This document shows positions 9,438 through 19,084 of a DNA stretch of 32,000 nt, piece by piece. The stretch covers positions 90,001-122,000 of the forward strand of contig NZ_CP040089.1 in the NCBI RefSeq assembly GCF_009617975.1, in the 5' to 3' direction. Positions within the stretch are counted from its first letter, which is position 1. Each line of letters starts with the position of its first letter. The notes below the pieces were generated by a model. That model had not been told where the DNA came from, made no database searches, and was given only the letters and a program-made list of their open reading frames with translations. A program made the translations under genes and the position numbers. The stretch comes from Candidatus Nanohalobium constans. GTDB taxonomy: Archaea; Nanohalarchaeota; Nanosalinia; Nanosalinales; Nanosalinaceae.

Positions 9438-9447
9438 TATTTTAAAG
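9438..9447 (+). promoter_or_regulatory. TATA-like box (TATTTTAAAG) about 30 nt upstream of the first MinD-like ATG
   Basis: Position and composition only. Confidence 0.3.
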
Positions 9448-9472
9448 GCTGGATTATAATCTTGCACATACA

Positions 9473-10240
9473 ATGACCCGATTGATATGTGTGAGCAGTG
9501 GCAAGGGAGGGGTCGGAAAAACCACGACAACAGCAAATATAGGAGCTGCACTGAGCCAGTTTGGGGCTGATACGGTGGTTCTAGACGCAAATCTTACTAA
9601 CCCAAACCTAGGATTCCACATAGGAATACCACTATACCCTAAGACGCTGCACGATGTTCTCAAAGGAGACGCACATATCACAGAAGCAATGTACATCCAT
9701 GACTCTGGTCTAAGAGTTGTACCTGCAGGACTATCTGTTGAAGATCTTAGAGATACTTCTCCAGAAAACTTATCTGATGTACTTCTGGATACTGTCGGTG
9801 AACCGGACTTCGTCCTTGTAGACTCGGCCGCAGGACTTGGAAACGAATCTATCAATGCTATTGAAGCTTCTGATGAGGTTATGATTGTAACTAATCCTAA
9901 TCTTCCTGCAGTAACAGATGCTTTGAAGACAGTGAATGTTGCTGAGGAAGCAGGTACTGAGATCGCAGGAGTAGTCCTGAATATGGTTAAAGATCATGAT
10001 TCTGAACTTGACAAAGAAGAAGTCGAGTCAATGATCGGCTACGAGGTTCTGATGGAGGTTCCTCATCACGAGAAGGTTGAGGAAGCTCTTTCAGCCAAGA
10101 AACCTGTTGTTCATCATGCACCAGATCATCATGTGTCTGAAAGGTTCAAGAAAGTCGCTGCGGATCTTGCAGAGCTCGAATATGAGCCTGATCTGGATGA
10201 GGATGGTTTTTTGCAGAGTTTGTTTGGCAGGTTCAGATAA
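9473..10240 (+). CDS. MinD/ParA-family P-loop ATPase (archaeal MinD-like), copy 1
   Basis: Deviant Walker A SSGKGGVGKTTTTANIG; VLVDSAAG Walker B region; 255 aa. Confidence 0.85.
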   Translation: MTRLICVSSGKGGVGKTTTTANIGAALSQFGADTVVLDANLTNPNLGFHIGIPLYPKTLHDVLKGDAHITEAMYIHDSGLRVVPAGLSVEDLRDTSPENLSDVLLDTVGEPDFVLVDSAAGLGNESINAIEASDEVMIVTNPNLPAVTDALKTVNVAEEAGTEIAGVVLNMVKDHDSELDKEEVESMIGYEVLMEVPHHEKVEEALSAKKPVVHHAPDHHVSERFKKVAADLAELEYEPDLDEDGFLQSLFGRFR

Positions 10241-10281
10241 GTGTATAAGTGGTTTTTTATTGAAGCTTTGAGAAAAGTGAA

Positions 10282-11046
10282 TTGATGACCCGTATTATTT
10301 CTGTTGTCTCGGGAAAAGGTGGTGTCGGCAAAACCACTGTAACAGCCAATCTAGGAACAGAACTGGCCAAACAGGATCACGATGTGCTGATTATTGACGG
10401 AAACTTTTCCGGGGCCAACATTTCACAACACTTCGGACTCGGATTCCAGGAAGTATCACTAAACGATGTTCTCAATGGGGAAGCATACATCACACAGGCA
10501 GTCTCCAAACACAGTGAAGGAGTATCTGTTCTTCCAGCAAGTATATTAGACTTTAACGCCGACGCAGAAAAGCTAAGGCATTCTATAGTAGACTTCCTAG
10601 GCGATAAAGATTTTGTATTAATTGATACTGCGGCAGGAGTAGGAGATGAAGTCGAAGCAGGTATACAGGCCTCCGATGAAGTACTTCTAGTATCCGAACC
10701 AGAACTTCCTGCGTTGACGAATGCACTGGGTGCAAAGAAACTTGCGGAACAACTAGACAGAGATGTCCTCGGTTTAGCTCTAAACAGTGTCAGAGATGAA
10801 CAATCAGAAGTCCAGCACGAAGATATCAGAGATCTGATTGAAGAGGAAATAATAGCTGAAATACCTGATCACCAGCATGTAAGAGAAGGAATAGCATTGA
10901 GAGAACCGGTGGTAAGCTACAAACCAAACTCTAGACCTTCGAACAGGATTGAAGACCTGGCATACAGAATCAAAGGACAGGAGCCTCCACAGAGAGGACT
11001 TCAAGAGAGACTGGTTGAAAGAGTAAACGATTTCCAACTTTTCTAG
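10282..11046 (+). CDS. MinD/ParA-family P-loop ATPase, copy 2 (start more likely ATG 10285)
   Basis: VSGKGGVGKTTVTANLG; VLIDTAAG; collinear with copy 1 over the full length. Confidence 0.85.
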   Translation: MMTRIISVVSGKGGVGKTTVTANLGTELAKQDHDVLIIDGNFSGANISQHFGLGFQEVSLNDVLNGEAYITQAVSKHSEGVSVLPASILDFNADAEKLRHSIVDFLGDKDFVLIDTAAGVGDEVEAGIQASDEVLLVSEPELPALTNALGAKKLAEQLDRDVLGLALNSVRDEQSEVQHEDIRDLIEEEIIAEIPDHQHVREGIALREPVVSYKPNSRPSNRIEDLAYRIKGQEPPQRGLQERLVERVNDFQLF

Positions 11047-11098
11047 GCCATCTTACTTTTCCGAAGAGTATAAACCGGAGCCTTGATAATTTTTCTCT

Positions 11099-11617
11099 AT
11101 GACTGATACCAAGCCGTATGAGCAGTATTTGTGGAGTCCTAAAAGAGCTGAATACGAGGCTAAGGAAATCCCTGAAGACTTAGATTGTATCTTCTGTGCG
11201 CAGGCAGACGGAGATGACAGGGTTTCATTCCTGCCAGTGTACGAAGACGACTTCTTGATGGTTGAACTCAATATTTTCCCATATAACACCGGTCACCTGA
11301 TGGTCGTACCGAAGAGACATGTCAACTCGATGACAGATTTAAGCGACGAAGAGAGAAACAGATTGTTCTCTATGGTTCAGAGGGTTGAAGAACTTCAGAG
11401 AGAAGCTGTTGACCCGGCAGGAATCGATGTAGGTATGAACATTGGAAAAGCGGCTGGAGAATCGATTCCACATCTGCATGTGCAGCTTGTCCCTATCTAC
11501 GAGAAGGATAGAGGGTTCATGGAGACCAGTTTGGATACTAAGGTCATGAAGGAGTCACTGAAGGACACTCAGGAAAAATACAAGGAGCACGCTGAAATCC
11601 TGGATGAGTACTGGTGA
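11099..11617 (+). CDS. HIT-superfamily nucleotide transferase/phosphorylase (Ap4A-phosphorylase-like branch)
   Basis: CIFC zinc-knuckle-like motif, LNIFPYNTGHLMVVPKRH, and triad variant HLHVQLVP (HxHxQ). Confidence 0.75.
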   Translation: MTDTKPYEQYLWSPKRAEYEAKEIPEDLDCIFCAQADGDDRVSFLPVYEDDFLMVELNIFPYNTGHLMVVPKRHVNSMTDLSDEERNRLFSMVQRVEELQREAVDPAGIDVGMNIGKAAGESIPHLHVQLVPIYEKDRGFMETSLDTKVMKESLKDTQEKYKEHAEILDEYW

Positions 11618-12250
11618 TTGAAGTTGAATAAACAAAATTTTCTTGAATCGGAGCTGCCTCAATTACAAGAGTTGTTCTACGAGAAGAAAAAATCTACTGA
11701 GGAGTCTCTAGAGAGGGATAAGGCAGGTCCTCATGCTCGTGTGATTCCTGAGTTTTTCTTGGAGTTAGGGAGGGAATTCCTCCAGGCTGGTAGGGGAATG
11801 GATGATAGAGATTCTGCTAAAGGACTATTTATATCAGCTGCTTTATTAGGAGAGTTTGCCTATGAAACGGTGGATAAACACTCGTATCAGGTGCTACTGG
11901 AACAACTTAATGGGGCTTCACTTGGTGCTGAACCAGATATAGATCCTTTCATTAATCTGAAATCAATAGAGAAAGCAATACGGGAGGATCCCAGAAAAGA
12001 GATAGAAGATTCTGAAGCTTACTGGAAGGAGAAAAGACAGGATTTACCTTCTAATTATCCTAATTGTGATCACGGTCTTCCAATTCATTTCTTAGAATGT
12101 GCAAAACTTATGCTAGAAACTGCAGAGGCTTCAAATAACTCTGCTTTAGCTAATTCTCTAGCTATATCAGCCAAATATACGGTCATGAATATAGAAAGGA
12201 CCTATGAAAAGGACGCAATGTTGAAATACTACGAGTACCTTAGAGGCTAA
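11618..12250 (+). CDS. Hypothetical all-helical protein (TTG start uncertain)
   Basis: Long ORF with proteome-typical composition, abutting the HIT stop codon; no family recognised. Confidence 0.45.
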   Translation: MKLNKQNFLESELPQLQELFYEKKKSTEESLERDKAGPHARVIPEFFLELGREFLQAGRGMDDRDSAKGLFISAALLGEFAYETVDKHSYQVLLEQLNGASLGAEPDIDPFINLKSIEKAIREDPRKEIEDSEAYWKEKRQDLPSNYPNCDHGLPIHFLECAKLMLETAEASNNSALANSLAISAKYTVMNIERTYEKDAMLKYYEYLRG

Positions 12251-12252
12251 TT

Positions 12253-13584
12253 ATGACATCATTCTTCCACAGCTACGACCTCAGAGGTACTTATCCTGAC
12301 GAAATCAGTGAAGAGGAGGCGGAAAAAGTAGGAAAAGCATACGGTACTTTTATCGATGCTGATGAAGTCCTGGTTGGCAGAGATGGTAGAAAACACGGTG
12401 AAGAAATAACTGAAGCATTTATCTCAGGAATATTATCTACTGGAACCGATGTTGTCTTTGCTGGTATGGTTCCAAGCCCTGTTGTCTACTTTGGACAAGT
12501 AAATAATGATTTTGATTCTGCAGCAGTTGTTACAGCGTCTCATAATCCGCCAGAATACACTGGTTTCAAGTTTAATCTTGAAGGAGCTATGGCTATGTCT
12601 CGGGAAGGCGGCATGAAAGAAATAGAAGATATATATGAAAGAGAAGCGTTTGAGACTGGTCAAGGTGAAAGAAAGGATATAGAGATACTAGATGATTACA
12701 TTGCGGCTGTCAAGGATGAAATTGGTGAAATAGATCTCAGTGTTGTAATTAACTGTGGCAACGGCGTTACAGGAGTCCTGGTCCGAGATCTTTTCGAGGA
12801 GCTCGGCTGCGATGTAAAAATGATTAACGAAGAGGTTGATGGCGACTTTCCTAACCATCTAGCAGATCCTGGAAGTGAGGAGGCCAAGGAATTGACTAAG
12901 GATGTCTTGGCGGATGAGGATCTCGGTATAATATTTGACGGGGATGGTGACCGTGCAGGGTTCGTTCTACCTGAATCTGGTTATATCGATGAGGATGAGG
13001 TCATCGCTTTGTTCTCGGAGCAGTCCCTGAAAGAGAAGAAAGGTGCTGTAGTATATGATCTTCGTGCTTCCAAGCTGGTTCCTGAAAAGGTCCGGGAACA
13101 TGGTGGAGAGCCTGAAGAGACTCGTGTAGGTCATACATTTATCTCTGAGAGAATTCATCAAGGCGGTGATGTCTCCTTTGCCGGAGAGCTTTCCGGTCAT
13201 TTTTACTTCCCGGCTTTCGATTTTCCCTGGGATGATGGATTGTTCGCCGGTGCTTTGATGAGTAAAATGGTCTCGGAGCAGGATTTAGAGGAAAAACTGT
13301 CGTCATTCCCTGTTTATCCGGTTTCACCTGAGCTCAGGATTGACTGTCCTCAGGAATCCAAGCAAGAAATCACCGATGAAATCGCCGAAGAATACTCAGA
13401 TCATGAAACCTCGACCATGGATGGGGTTAAAATCCAGTTTGAAAGCGGGTGGGCGCTGGTCAGACCTTCGAGCACAGAACCGAAGATGAGCGTCCGTTGT
13501 GAAGCAGATACAGAAGAAGATTTAGAGGAAATACTAAGTGAAGTAGAGACGAAGGTTCGAGATCTGATCGAGAAATACTCCTAA
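12253..13584 (+). CDS. Phosphoglucomutase/phosphomannomutase
   Basis: Active-site loop TASHNPPEYTGFKF, metal loop FDGDGDRAGF, sugar-binding GELSGH. Confidence 0.9.
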   Translation: MTSFFHSYDLRGTYPDEISEEEAEKVGKAYGTFIDADEVLVGRDGRKHGEEITEAFISGILSTGTDVVFAGMVPSPVVYFGQVNNDFDSAAVVTASHNPPEYTGFKFNLEGAMAMSREGGMKEIEDIYEREAFETGQGERKDIEILDDYIAAVKDEIGEIDLSVVINCGNGVTGVLVRDLFEELGCDVKMINEEVDGDFPNHLADPGSEEAKELTKDVLADEDLGIIFDGDGDRAGFVLPESGYIDEDEVIALFSEQSLKEKKGAVVYDLRASKLVPEKVREHGGEPEETRVGHTFISERIHQGGDVSFAGELSGHFYFPAFDFPWDDGLFAGALMSKMVSEQDLEEKLSSFPVYPVSPELRIDCPQESKQEITDEIAEEYSDHETSTMDGVKIQFESGWALVRPSSTEPKMSVRCEADTEEDLEEILSEVETKVRDLIEKYS

Positions 13585-14825
13585 TTGATCTCAGCGACGA
13601 AAGCGCCTGAAGAAATCAGGTCTCCCATTCCCACTAATCTTTTCGGTTCTTCATGGATTATAGTAGGTACAGCTACTACTGTGTAGCCATCTATCTGAGC
13701 TATACCTGTCTGTGAGAAATCCTCTAGGTCGAAGAAGTCTTCAAAGTGTTCTAAGTTATCTAACCTGTTTAGATGCATGTCATCTGGCGCCATACTTATT
13801 TCGTCTCTTTCTGGTATTTCGCCTTTTTCTGCCATAGAAACTGCTGCCAAACCTCCAAATAACATGCCTCTACTGATATCCTCTGCGTCCACACTGTAGG
13901 AATTCTCTGCTACAACGCACTGGAACTCCAATGTGTGGATATGGACTCTGGAAACTCCTGTTTCTTCAAGTATATTCTTGGCTGCGTTGTAAACATGTCC
14001 TAGGCTGGACTCTTCTAGATCGAATCCTAAGGCGTCTGAAATGTTTCTTAACTCTCTTTCATCCATTCCTATGCTTGTGAAGTGGGGAGCTATCTGGCTA
14101 AGCATTAACTTATCTTTTCTTTCTCCTTTGGAGACGAATTCAAGGTGTTTTGGTATTTCCACTTTTTCCAGCTGTGTCTCCGCCTTCTTGTACTTCGCTT
14201 CGATGTTTCCTTCTACATCCTGGAAGCCTGAAAGCAGCATCCGATCTATACTGCCTTTTGTCTCCGATAATTTTTCCTCAACTGACTTTCTAAAGTAAGG
14301 TCCGAATCCCCGGATACTATCTGATAATATCAGCCGACAAGACTCTTCTTCAAACTCGATGATATAGTTTTGCTTGGTTCTATCGGAGTTAACGGCTTCT
14401 TCGATTGATTGAAGTGTCAGAGTATCGTCAATAACGGGATACACCACTTCATTATCCATCAACTCTGCTATCTCCTGAGATAGGAAAGGCGTGTAAAATG
14501 CAGCTCTATTACCTATCCGTGATAGGAAGTTTGCCATTATTCCTCCTTGACCGCCTAACTGCTTCTCACAATTCTTTTCAAGGTCAAAATCCAATGAAAC
14601 CTCTTCATTAGAGCAATTCTCTTTACAGTATTTCAGTATCTTCTTTAAATCTTCCTTTGAGCTTACTGACTCCATTTTTTCTGCTTCTACATCTTCTATA
14701 CTTATCTCTAGTTCTTCAAAACTCGATGAACAATCTATGTTCGCATTAAATCCGGTTAAAACATTAGAATCAAAATTTGTTTCTTCTACGGCATCCTGAT
14801 ATTTTTGAATCCATTCCTTCTTCAT
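13581..14825 (-). CDS. ADP-dependent sugar kinase (ADP-PFK/ADP-GK family)
   Basis: N-terminal GFNANIDC, GGQGGIMANFLS, C-terminal VGMGDLISSGAF (catalytic GxGD), typical of the archaeal ADP-dependent kinase family. The substrate (glucose versus fructose-6-P) cannot be resolved by eye. Confidence 0.75.
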   Translation of the reverse strand: MKKEWIQKYQDAVEETNFDSNVLTGFNANIDCSSSFEELEISIEDVEAEKMESVSSKEDLKKILKYCKENCSNEEVSLDFDLEKNCEKQLGGQGGIMANFLSRIGNRAAFYTPFLSQEIAELMDNEVVYPVIDDTLTLQSIEEAVNSDRTKQNYIIEFEEESCRLILSDSIRGFGPYFRKSVEEKLSETKGSIDRMLLSGFQDVEGNIEAKYKKAETQLEKVEIPKHLEFVSKGERKDKLMLSQIAPHFTSIGMDERELRNISDALGFDLEESSLGHVYNAAKNILEETGVSRVHIHTLEFQCVVAENSYSVDAEDISRGMLFGGLAAVSMAEKGEIPERDEISMAPDDMHLNRLDNLEHFEDFFDLEDFSQTGIAQIDGYTVVAVPTIIHEEPKRLVGMGDLISSGAFVAEIN

Positions 14826-15463
14826 AGTCCTTCACAGAGCTCTCTAACTTCTTTTTCCACATTTTCTGATTTTATGACGCCTGAAGCCACTAAAACACCT
14901 TTACATCCTAGTTCAATGCTTTTTTCCACATCTTTCTTGGATTTTATGCCTGCTCCTGTTAGTGTAGGTATATCGCCACTTGCTTTAACAGCCTCTTCTA
15001 TCAGATCAGGCTCTGCTGTCGAAACAGCTGTGTCGCTGCCTATAAGTTCCGGTGGCTCAAACGCGATGTAATCGGGATTAAATTCTGAGTACTTTCTACA
15101 TTCTTCAGGGCTTTGAGCACATACAACTGAAGTTAAACCTTCTTTCCCGCACTTTTTGACTGTTTTTTCTATAACTTTGTCTTCAAGTCTTTTTTCCGAG
15201 TGATTAATCAATGTACCAGTTATTCCTGCATCTTCCAACGCTTTTAACTGGTTTGAACCTGTGTGGCTTCCTTTCTCTACTGGATCGGTGTGCTGGGCGA
15301 ATACTTCGAGTTCAAAGCCATTTAATCGAGCTAAATCAGCTGTTTGAGGGCTTACAACTATTTTTTTATCTGTTTCGGAGGCACTATTTCTAATTTTCTC
15401 TGTTATATTCTCAGAGTTGTTTCCTATTGCTTTTTCGTAGGCTTTGTAGTTTATTATCAGCAT
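14822..15463 (-). CDS. tpiA: Triosephosphate isomerase (short archaeal type)
   Basis: IINYKAY, LINHSEKR, IAFEPPELIGS, GAGI..KKDV, VLVASGV; collinear with Pyrococcus-type TIM. Confidence 0.85.
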   Translation of the reverse strand: MLIINYKAYEKAIGNNSENITEKIRNSASETDKKIVVSPQTADLARLNGFELEVFAQHTDPVEKGSHTGSNQLKALEDAGITGTLINHSEKRLEDKVIEKTVKKCGKEGLTSVVCAQSPEECRKYSEFNPDYIAFEPPELIGSDTAVSTAEPDLIEEAVKASGDIPTLTGAGIKSKKDVEKSIELGCKGVLVASGVIKSENVEKEVRELCEGL

Positions 15464-17232
15464 TATTTTGTCCTCACTTTGAGACTTGTCTCGTTCATTA
15501 TTTTGGCTTCCCCGTTATTAACTTTGACATCTAGCTCCTCACCGAGAACTCTCTTCCCTCGTCTTTCTCCTGAAAAACTGTCTACAGGATCAATCACTAC
15601 TTTTCCATTCTTTACGCTGATTCCAAACAGATAGCTATCTACAACATGGACGAAAAGTCCAGCGCTCCATGCTTGTTCGCCACAGCCAAGTGCTTCTCCG
15701 CTCTCGGAATCTACAACCTCTGGCAATGCACCTAGCTGATTTCTATCTACGAACTGAGTCATCTTTTCCAGGAAGTTAACTCCTTGCTGTCTGTTCCCAT
15801 ATTCCAGATTTGCGGCTGCCGCCCAACAGGTTGTTAACCCCCAGGAAGAACCGGTGTGGTAACCTGAAGCATCGTATCCTGGATCTGTCACTGATCGAGT
15901 CCGGGCGCCAAACCGTGAGGAGAACTCGCCGTTAATCTTCTCCAAGTACTTCTCAGCTTTCTCATCTTCCACATGACCAAACATCAGGCTGACAGCAGGA
16001 TTAATTGATTCACAGTCCTCTCCAAGATTGTCAGCCATGTATTCTTCTCTCTTGAACTCTTCCAAACCGCTTTGAAGCCTCTTAGTACCTCTGTCAAATC
16101 TGTTAAGGGCTTCTATCCAGAGGCTTTGAATGTCAACGGCGTTACTTCTTCCCAGTGTATCCATCCATGTTCCTTCGGGTTCATGCTCTACAAACTTTCC
16201 ATTAGGTCTTTCCTCCCGAAGAAGTCCTTCAACGCAATCTAGGAGCATATCTTTTGGTTCGTAAAATTTTCTAAGTTTGTCAACTGCTATAGCGAATAAA
16301 GGGATCGAATCCGATCTAGCATGATCTTCCTCGGTGTTTTCGTCCAAATTAATTTTTGAGGGGAAGCTGTCCCGTTCTGCAAAGTTTAAAAGTATTTTTT
16401 CCACTTCCTCAAAGTATCCTGCGTCTATCAGTCCTAATACGCTCCAGAAACTGTCGCGCGCCCAGTAACTCTGGAACCATGGATGACCAGCGATTATCCC
16501 ACGACCGTTTGAGTTGTAGATAAGGTTTTCCAGGCTTTCAATGCTGTAATCGAAGGTACGCCCTAGTTCAGGATGTCTCAAAGTATTTTCGTGGCTTTCA
16601 ATTTTTCCTGTATTGTCTCCATCGGTCTTAAAAACTAGTTTGGATTCTTTGGTTTCTCCAGGTCTTAGTTCGCAGCGATAAGTGATTTCTCCAGGAATTA
16701 GACAGACCTGTCTCTCGCCTGGGAAGTGTTCCTTGTAGTATCTGCCTTCTTCGAACTCGAACTTGTCTCCGTTGATTTCCAGGAATTTTTCTCCTGAACC
16801 TATCTTGAGACCTTCATTTTCCTCTACTATGTAGTCTCTGTCCTCTACATCGTTTGATTTTTTCCGGATGTCTACTCCTGGTTCTACTGATGTTTGGACT
16901 GCTGTATCTCCTTCTGACTTGTTCTTGACCTTGAATTCTGTTTTAAATCCGTTTAGTTTTTCTGGTGTGCTTATCTCCTGTTTTATGCTGAGCGTCTCTG
17001 TCTCGTAATGGTAGATGATTTTTTCCCCGTACTCTGTTTCAACCAGGTTTTCTGCATCCAGCCAGTCGCCGTTAACTTTTACCGCAATATAATCTAGGTA
17101 CTTGTAGGGTGGTTTCCAGTAACCGCTCCACTTTTCTTTGAAGCCGTTGTCTAGGTGTGTGTAGAGAAATCCGTGGAGGTTGGAGATTACACCGGTTTTT
17201 TCGTTAAGATTTTCCTTAACCTGATACTTCAT
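15463..17232 (-). CDS. Glycogen debranching enzyme (amylo-alpha-1,6-glucosidase, GDE_C type)
   Basis: GHPWFQSYWARDSFWSVLGL and an (alpha/alpha)6-barrel C-terminal half with ...YHTGSSWGLTTCWAA... Stop and start codons overlap with tpiA (TAATG). Confidence 0.85.
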   Translation of the reverse strand: MKYQVKENLNEKTGVISNLHGFLYTHLDNGFKEKWSGYWKPPYKYLDYIAVKVNGDWLDAENLVETEYGEKIIYHYETETLSIKQEISTPEKLNGFKTEFKVKNKSEGDTAVQTSVEPGVDIRKKSNDVEDRDYIVEENEGLKIGSGEKFLEINGDKFEFEEGRYYKEHFPGERQVCLIPGEITYRCELRPGETKESKLVFKTDGDNTGKIESHENTLRHPELGRTFDYSIESLENLIYNSNGRGIIAGHPWFQSYWARDSFWSVLGLIDAGYFEEVEKILLNFAERDSFPSKINLDENTEEDHARSDSIPLFAIAVDKLRKFYEPKDMLLDCVEGLLREERPNGKFVEHEPEGTWMDTLGRSNAVDIQSLWIEALNRFDRGTKRLQSGLEEFKREEYMADNLGEDCESINPAVSLMFGHVEDEKAEKYLEKINGEFSSRFGARTRSVTDPGYDASGYHTGSSWGLTTCWAAAANLEYGNRQQGVNFLEKMTQFVDRNQLGALPEVVDSESGEALGCGEQAWSAGLFVHVVDSYLFGISVKNGKVVIDPVDSFSGERRGKRVLGEELDVKVNNGEAKIMNETSLKVRTK

Positions 17233-17254
17233 GGTTGAACTTCCAAGTTTGCTA

Positions 17255-17266
17255 GGGTATAAAGAC
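17255..17266 (-). promoter_or_regulatory. TATA box (minus GTCTTTATACCC) centred about 28 nt upstream of the debranching-enzyme ATG
   Basis: Mirror image of the TCTTTTATACC box that serves the divergent glycogen synthase operon. Confidence 0.45.
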
Positions 17267-17305
17267 TATATTTTAACCGTCTGGTAGCACCGAGTTGAGA
17301 GATCA

Positions 17306-17316
17306 TCTTTTATACC
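17306..17316 (+). promoter_or_regulatory. TATA box (TCTTTTATACC) centred about 28 nt upstream of the glycogen synthase ATG; flanked by inverted repeat GAGAGA/TCTCTC
   Basis: Spacing is consistent with a leaderless mRNA. Inverted repeat at 17297-17302 / 17320-25 and direct repeat ACCGAGT at 17289-95 / 17314-20. Confidence 0.45.
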
Positions 17317-17338
17317 GAGTCTCTCCAAAATCTAATTC

Positions 17339-19084
17339 ATGGTCGAACCTGATAACTTCATCGAAGTCTCTTTCGAAGCAGCAAACAAGGTAGGAGGAAT
17401 ACACCAGGTCCTCAAATCAAAGGCCTGTAAAATGCAGGATTTCTACGGCGACAACTACCTGACAATAGGCTTCTACGATGAAGAATCAGCCAGAGAAGAA
17501 TTTGCCTCACGGGAAAACCCGCACAAAGAAATATTCAACGAACTCGAACAAGAAGGAATAAAATGCAGATACGGCGTATGGAACATTGAAACAACCCCAA
17601 ACTGTATACTAGTAGACATCTCCGATATGGAGATATCCGCAGATGAGATCAAGGAAGAGATGTGGGAAAAACACGGAATCGACTCCATGAACGCAGGAGA
17701 AGACTTTGACGAACCAGTAAAATGGAGCTACGCAGTAGGAAAACTGGTTGATAAACTCCTGGCTAAGAAACAGGGCGAAACAGTTGTCCAGCTTCATGAA
17801 TGGCTTTCAACGCCCGCAATGTTCAACTTTGACTCGCCAACAGTATTCACAACACATGCAACGGTTCTAGGCAGAGCACTATCCAACTCAGACTTTGACC
17901 TGCTAGGTGCTGTTGAAGAAGGAAGTGTGGATGATTCTCTGGCATCTGAGTATGGTATAGGAGCCAAGCATCAGTTAGAGAAGGCAGCGGCTGATATTTC
18001 GGATGCATTCACAACAGTCAGTAAAACCACGGGAAGGGAGGCCGAAGCAGTACTGGATCAAGAACCGGATCAAATACTTCCGAACGGTTTCAATGTAGAA
18101 TCATATCCCTCGCTAGAAGAGCTGTCCTATAATCACACAAAAAAGAAAAATGAGATGAAGGAATTTCTCTCAGCATACTTCAAACCATACTACGATGTAA
18201 ACTTGGAGGATGATCCTCGAGTCCTGTTTATATCCGGCAGATACGAGTTCCATAACAAAGGAGTAGATATACTGGTCGATGCACTCTCACAGCTAAACAA
18301 GGAAGAGGGAGATGACTTCTATGTCTTTATCTTCGTGCCGAGCGACACCAAAGGTCCTAAGTCAGAGGTCTTGGATAACATGTCGCTTTATGATGAGTTA
18401 GAAGATCATGTGGACGATATTCTCCCTGATATAAGGTCGAGCATACTGTCCTCAGTTACAGGAGACCAGAATCCATCAGAGGTAGTTGAAGAACTGCTTA
18501 AATCAGGTACGCTTAATTCATTGAGAAGAAACTTCCATGAGAAGCAGGGCAGTCCTCCTGTTGCGGCTTTTGACCTTAACTATCTGGATGATGAGATAAT
18601 GGAAAGCCTCTGGAATGCAGGACTAACAAACGATGAAGAAGACAGAGTCAAAGTAATATTCTACCCGACCTACCTTTCTGTTGGAGATAAACTGCTCTCA
18701 ATGAGTTATAATGATGCAATAGTAGCTTCTTCCGCAGGTATCTTCCCAAGTTACTACGAACCATGGGGTTATACTCCTGTAGAGACAGCAGCAAATGGTG
18801 CACTTTCTATCACCACCGATCTAGCTGGTTTTGGTCAGTTCCTGCAGGAAAACACATCAGAAGATGAAAGAAAAGGTATTAAGGTTCTTGGAAGAAGGAA
18901 TAGGTCGGATGAAGAGGCTGCAGGAGATCTAGCAGAGATGATAGACGATATAGTAAGTTATGATAAGACCGAGATAACTGAGAGAAAGCATAACGCCCGA
19001 AAACTGGCGCAGATGACTTCCTGGAGTAAGCTAGGTAAGAATTACAAGAAAGCACATCAAAAAGCGGTGAGAAACCATCAATGA
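17339..19084 (+). CDS. Glycogen synthase, GT3 (animal/fungal-type) family
   Basis: N-terminus FEAANKVGGIHQVLKSKA closely mirrors the eukaryotic GS signature FE.A.EVANKVGGIY.V..(S/T)KA; GVWNIE..PNCILVD; C-terminal PSYYEPWGYTPVE. Confidence 0.85.
   Translation: MVEPDNFIEVSFEAANKVGGIHQVLKSKACKMQDFYGDNYLTIGFYDEESAREEFASRENPHKEIFNELEQEGIKCRYGVWNIETTPNCILVDISDMEISADEIKEEMWEKHGIDSMNAGEDFDEPVKWSYAVGKLVDKLLAKKQGETVVQLHEWLSTPAMFNFDSPTVFTTHATVLGRALSNSDFDLLGAVEEGSVDDSLASEYGIGAKHQLEKAAADISDAFTTVSKTTGREAEAVLDQEPDQILPNGFNVESYPSLEELSYNHTKKKNEMKEFLSAYFKPYYDVNLEDDPRVLFISGRYEFHNKGVDILVDALSQLNKEEGDDFYVFIFVPSDTKGPKSEVLDNMSLYDELEDHVDDILPDIRSSILSSVTGDQNPSEVVEELLKSGTLNSLRRNFHEKQGSPPVAAFDLNYLDDEIMESLWNAGLTNDEEDRVKVIFYPTYLSVGDKLLSMSYNDAIVASSAGIFPSYYEPWGYTPVETAANGALSITTDLAGFGQFLQENTSEDERKGIKVLGRRNRSDEEAAGDLAEMIDDIVSYDKTEITERKHNARKLAQMTSWSKLGKNYKKAHQKAVRNHQ

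Noticed and set aside
9454-9855. 133-aa minus-strand ORF overlapping the first MinD-like gene and its promoter
   Set aside because: It lies antisense to a CDS that carries an unambiguous Walker A motif, and its Ser/Thr/Pro-rich composition marks it as a shadow ORF.
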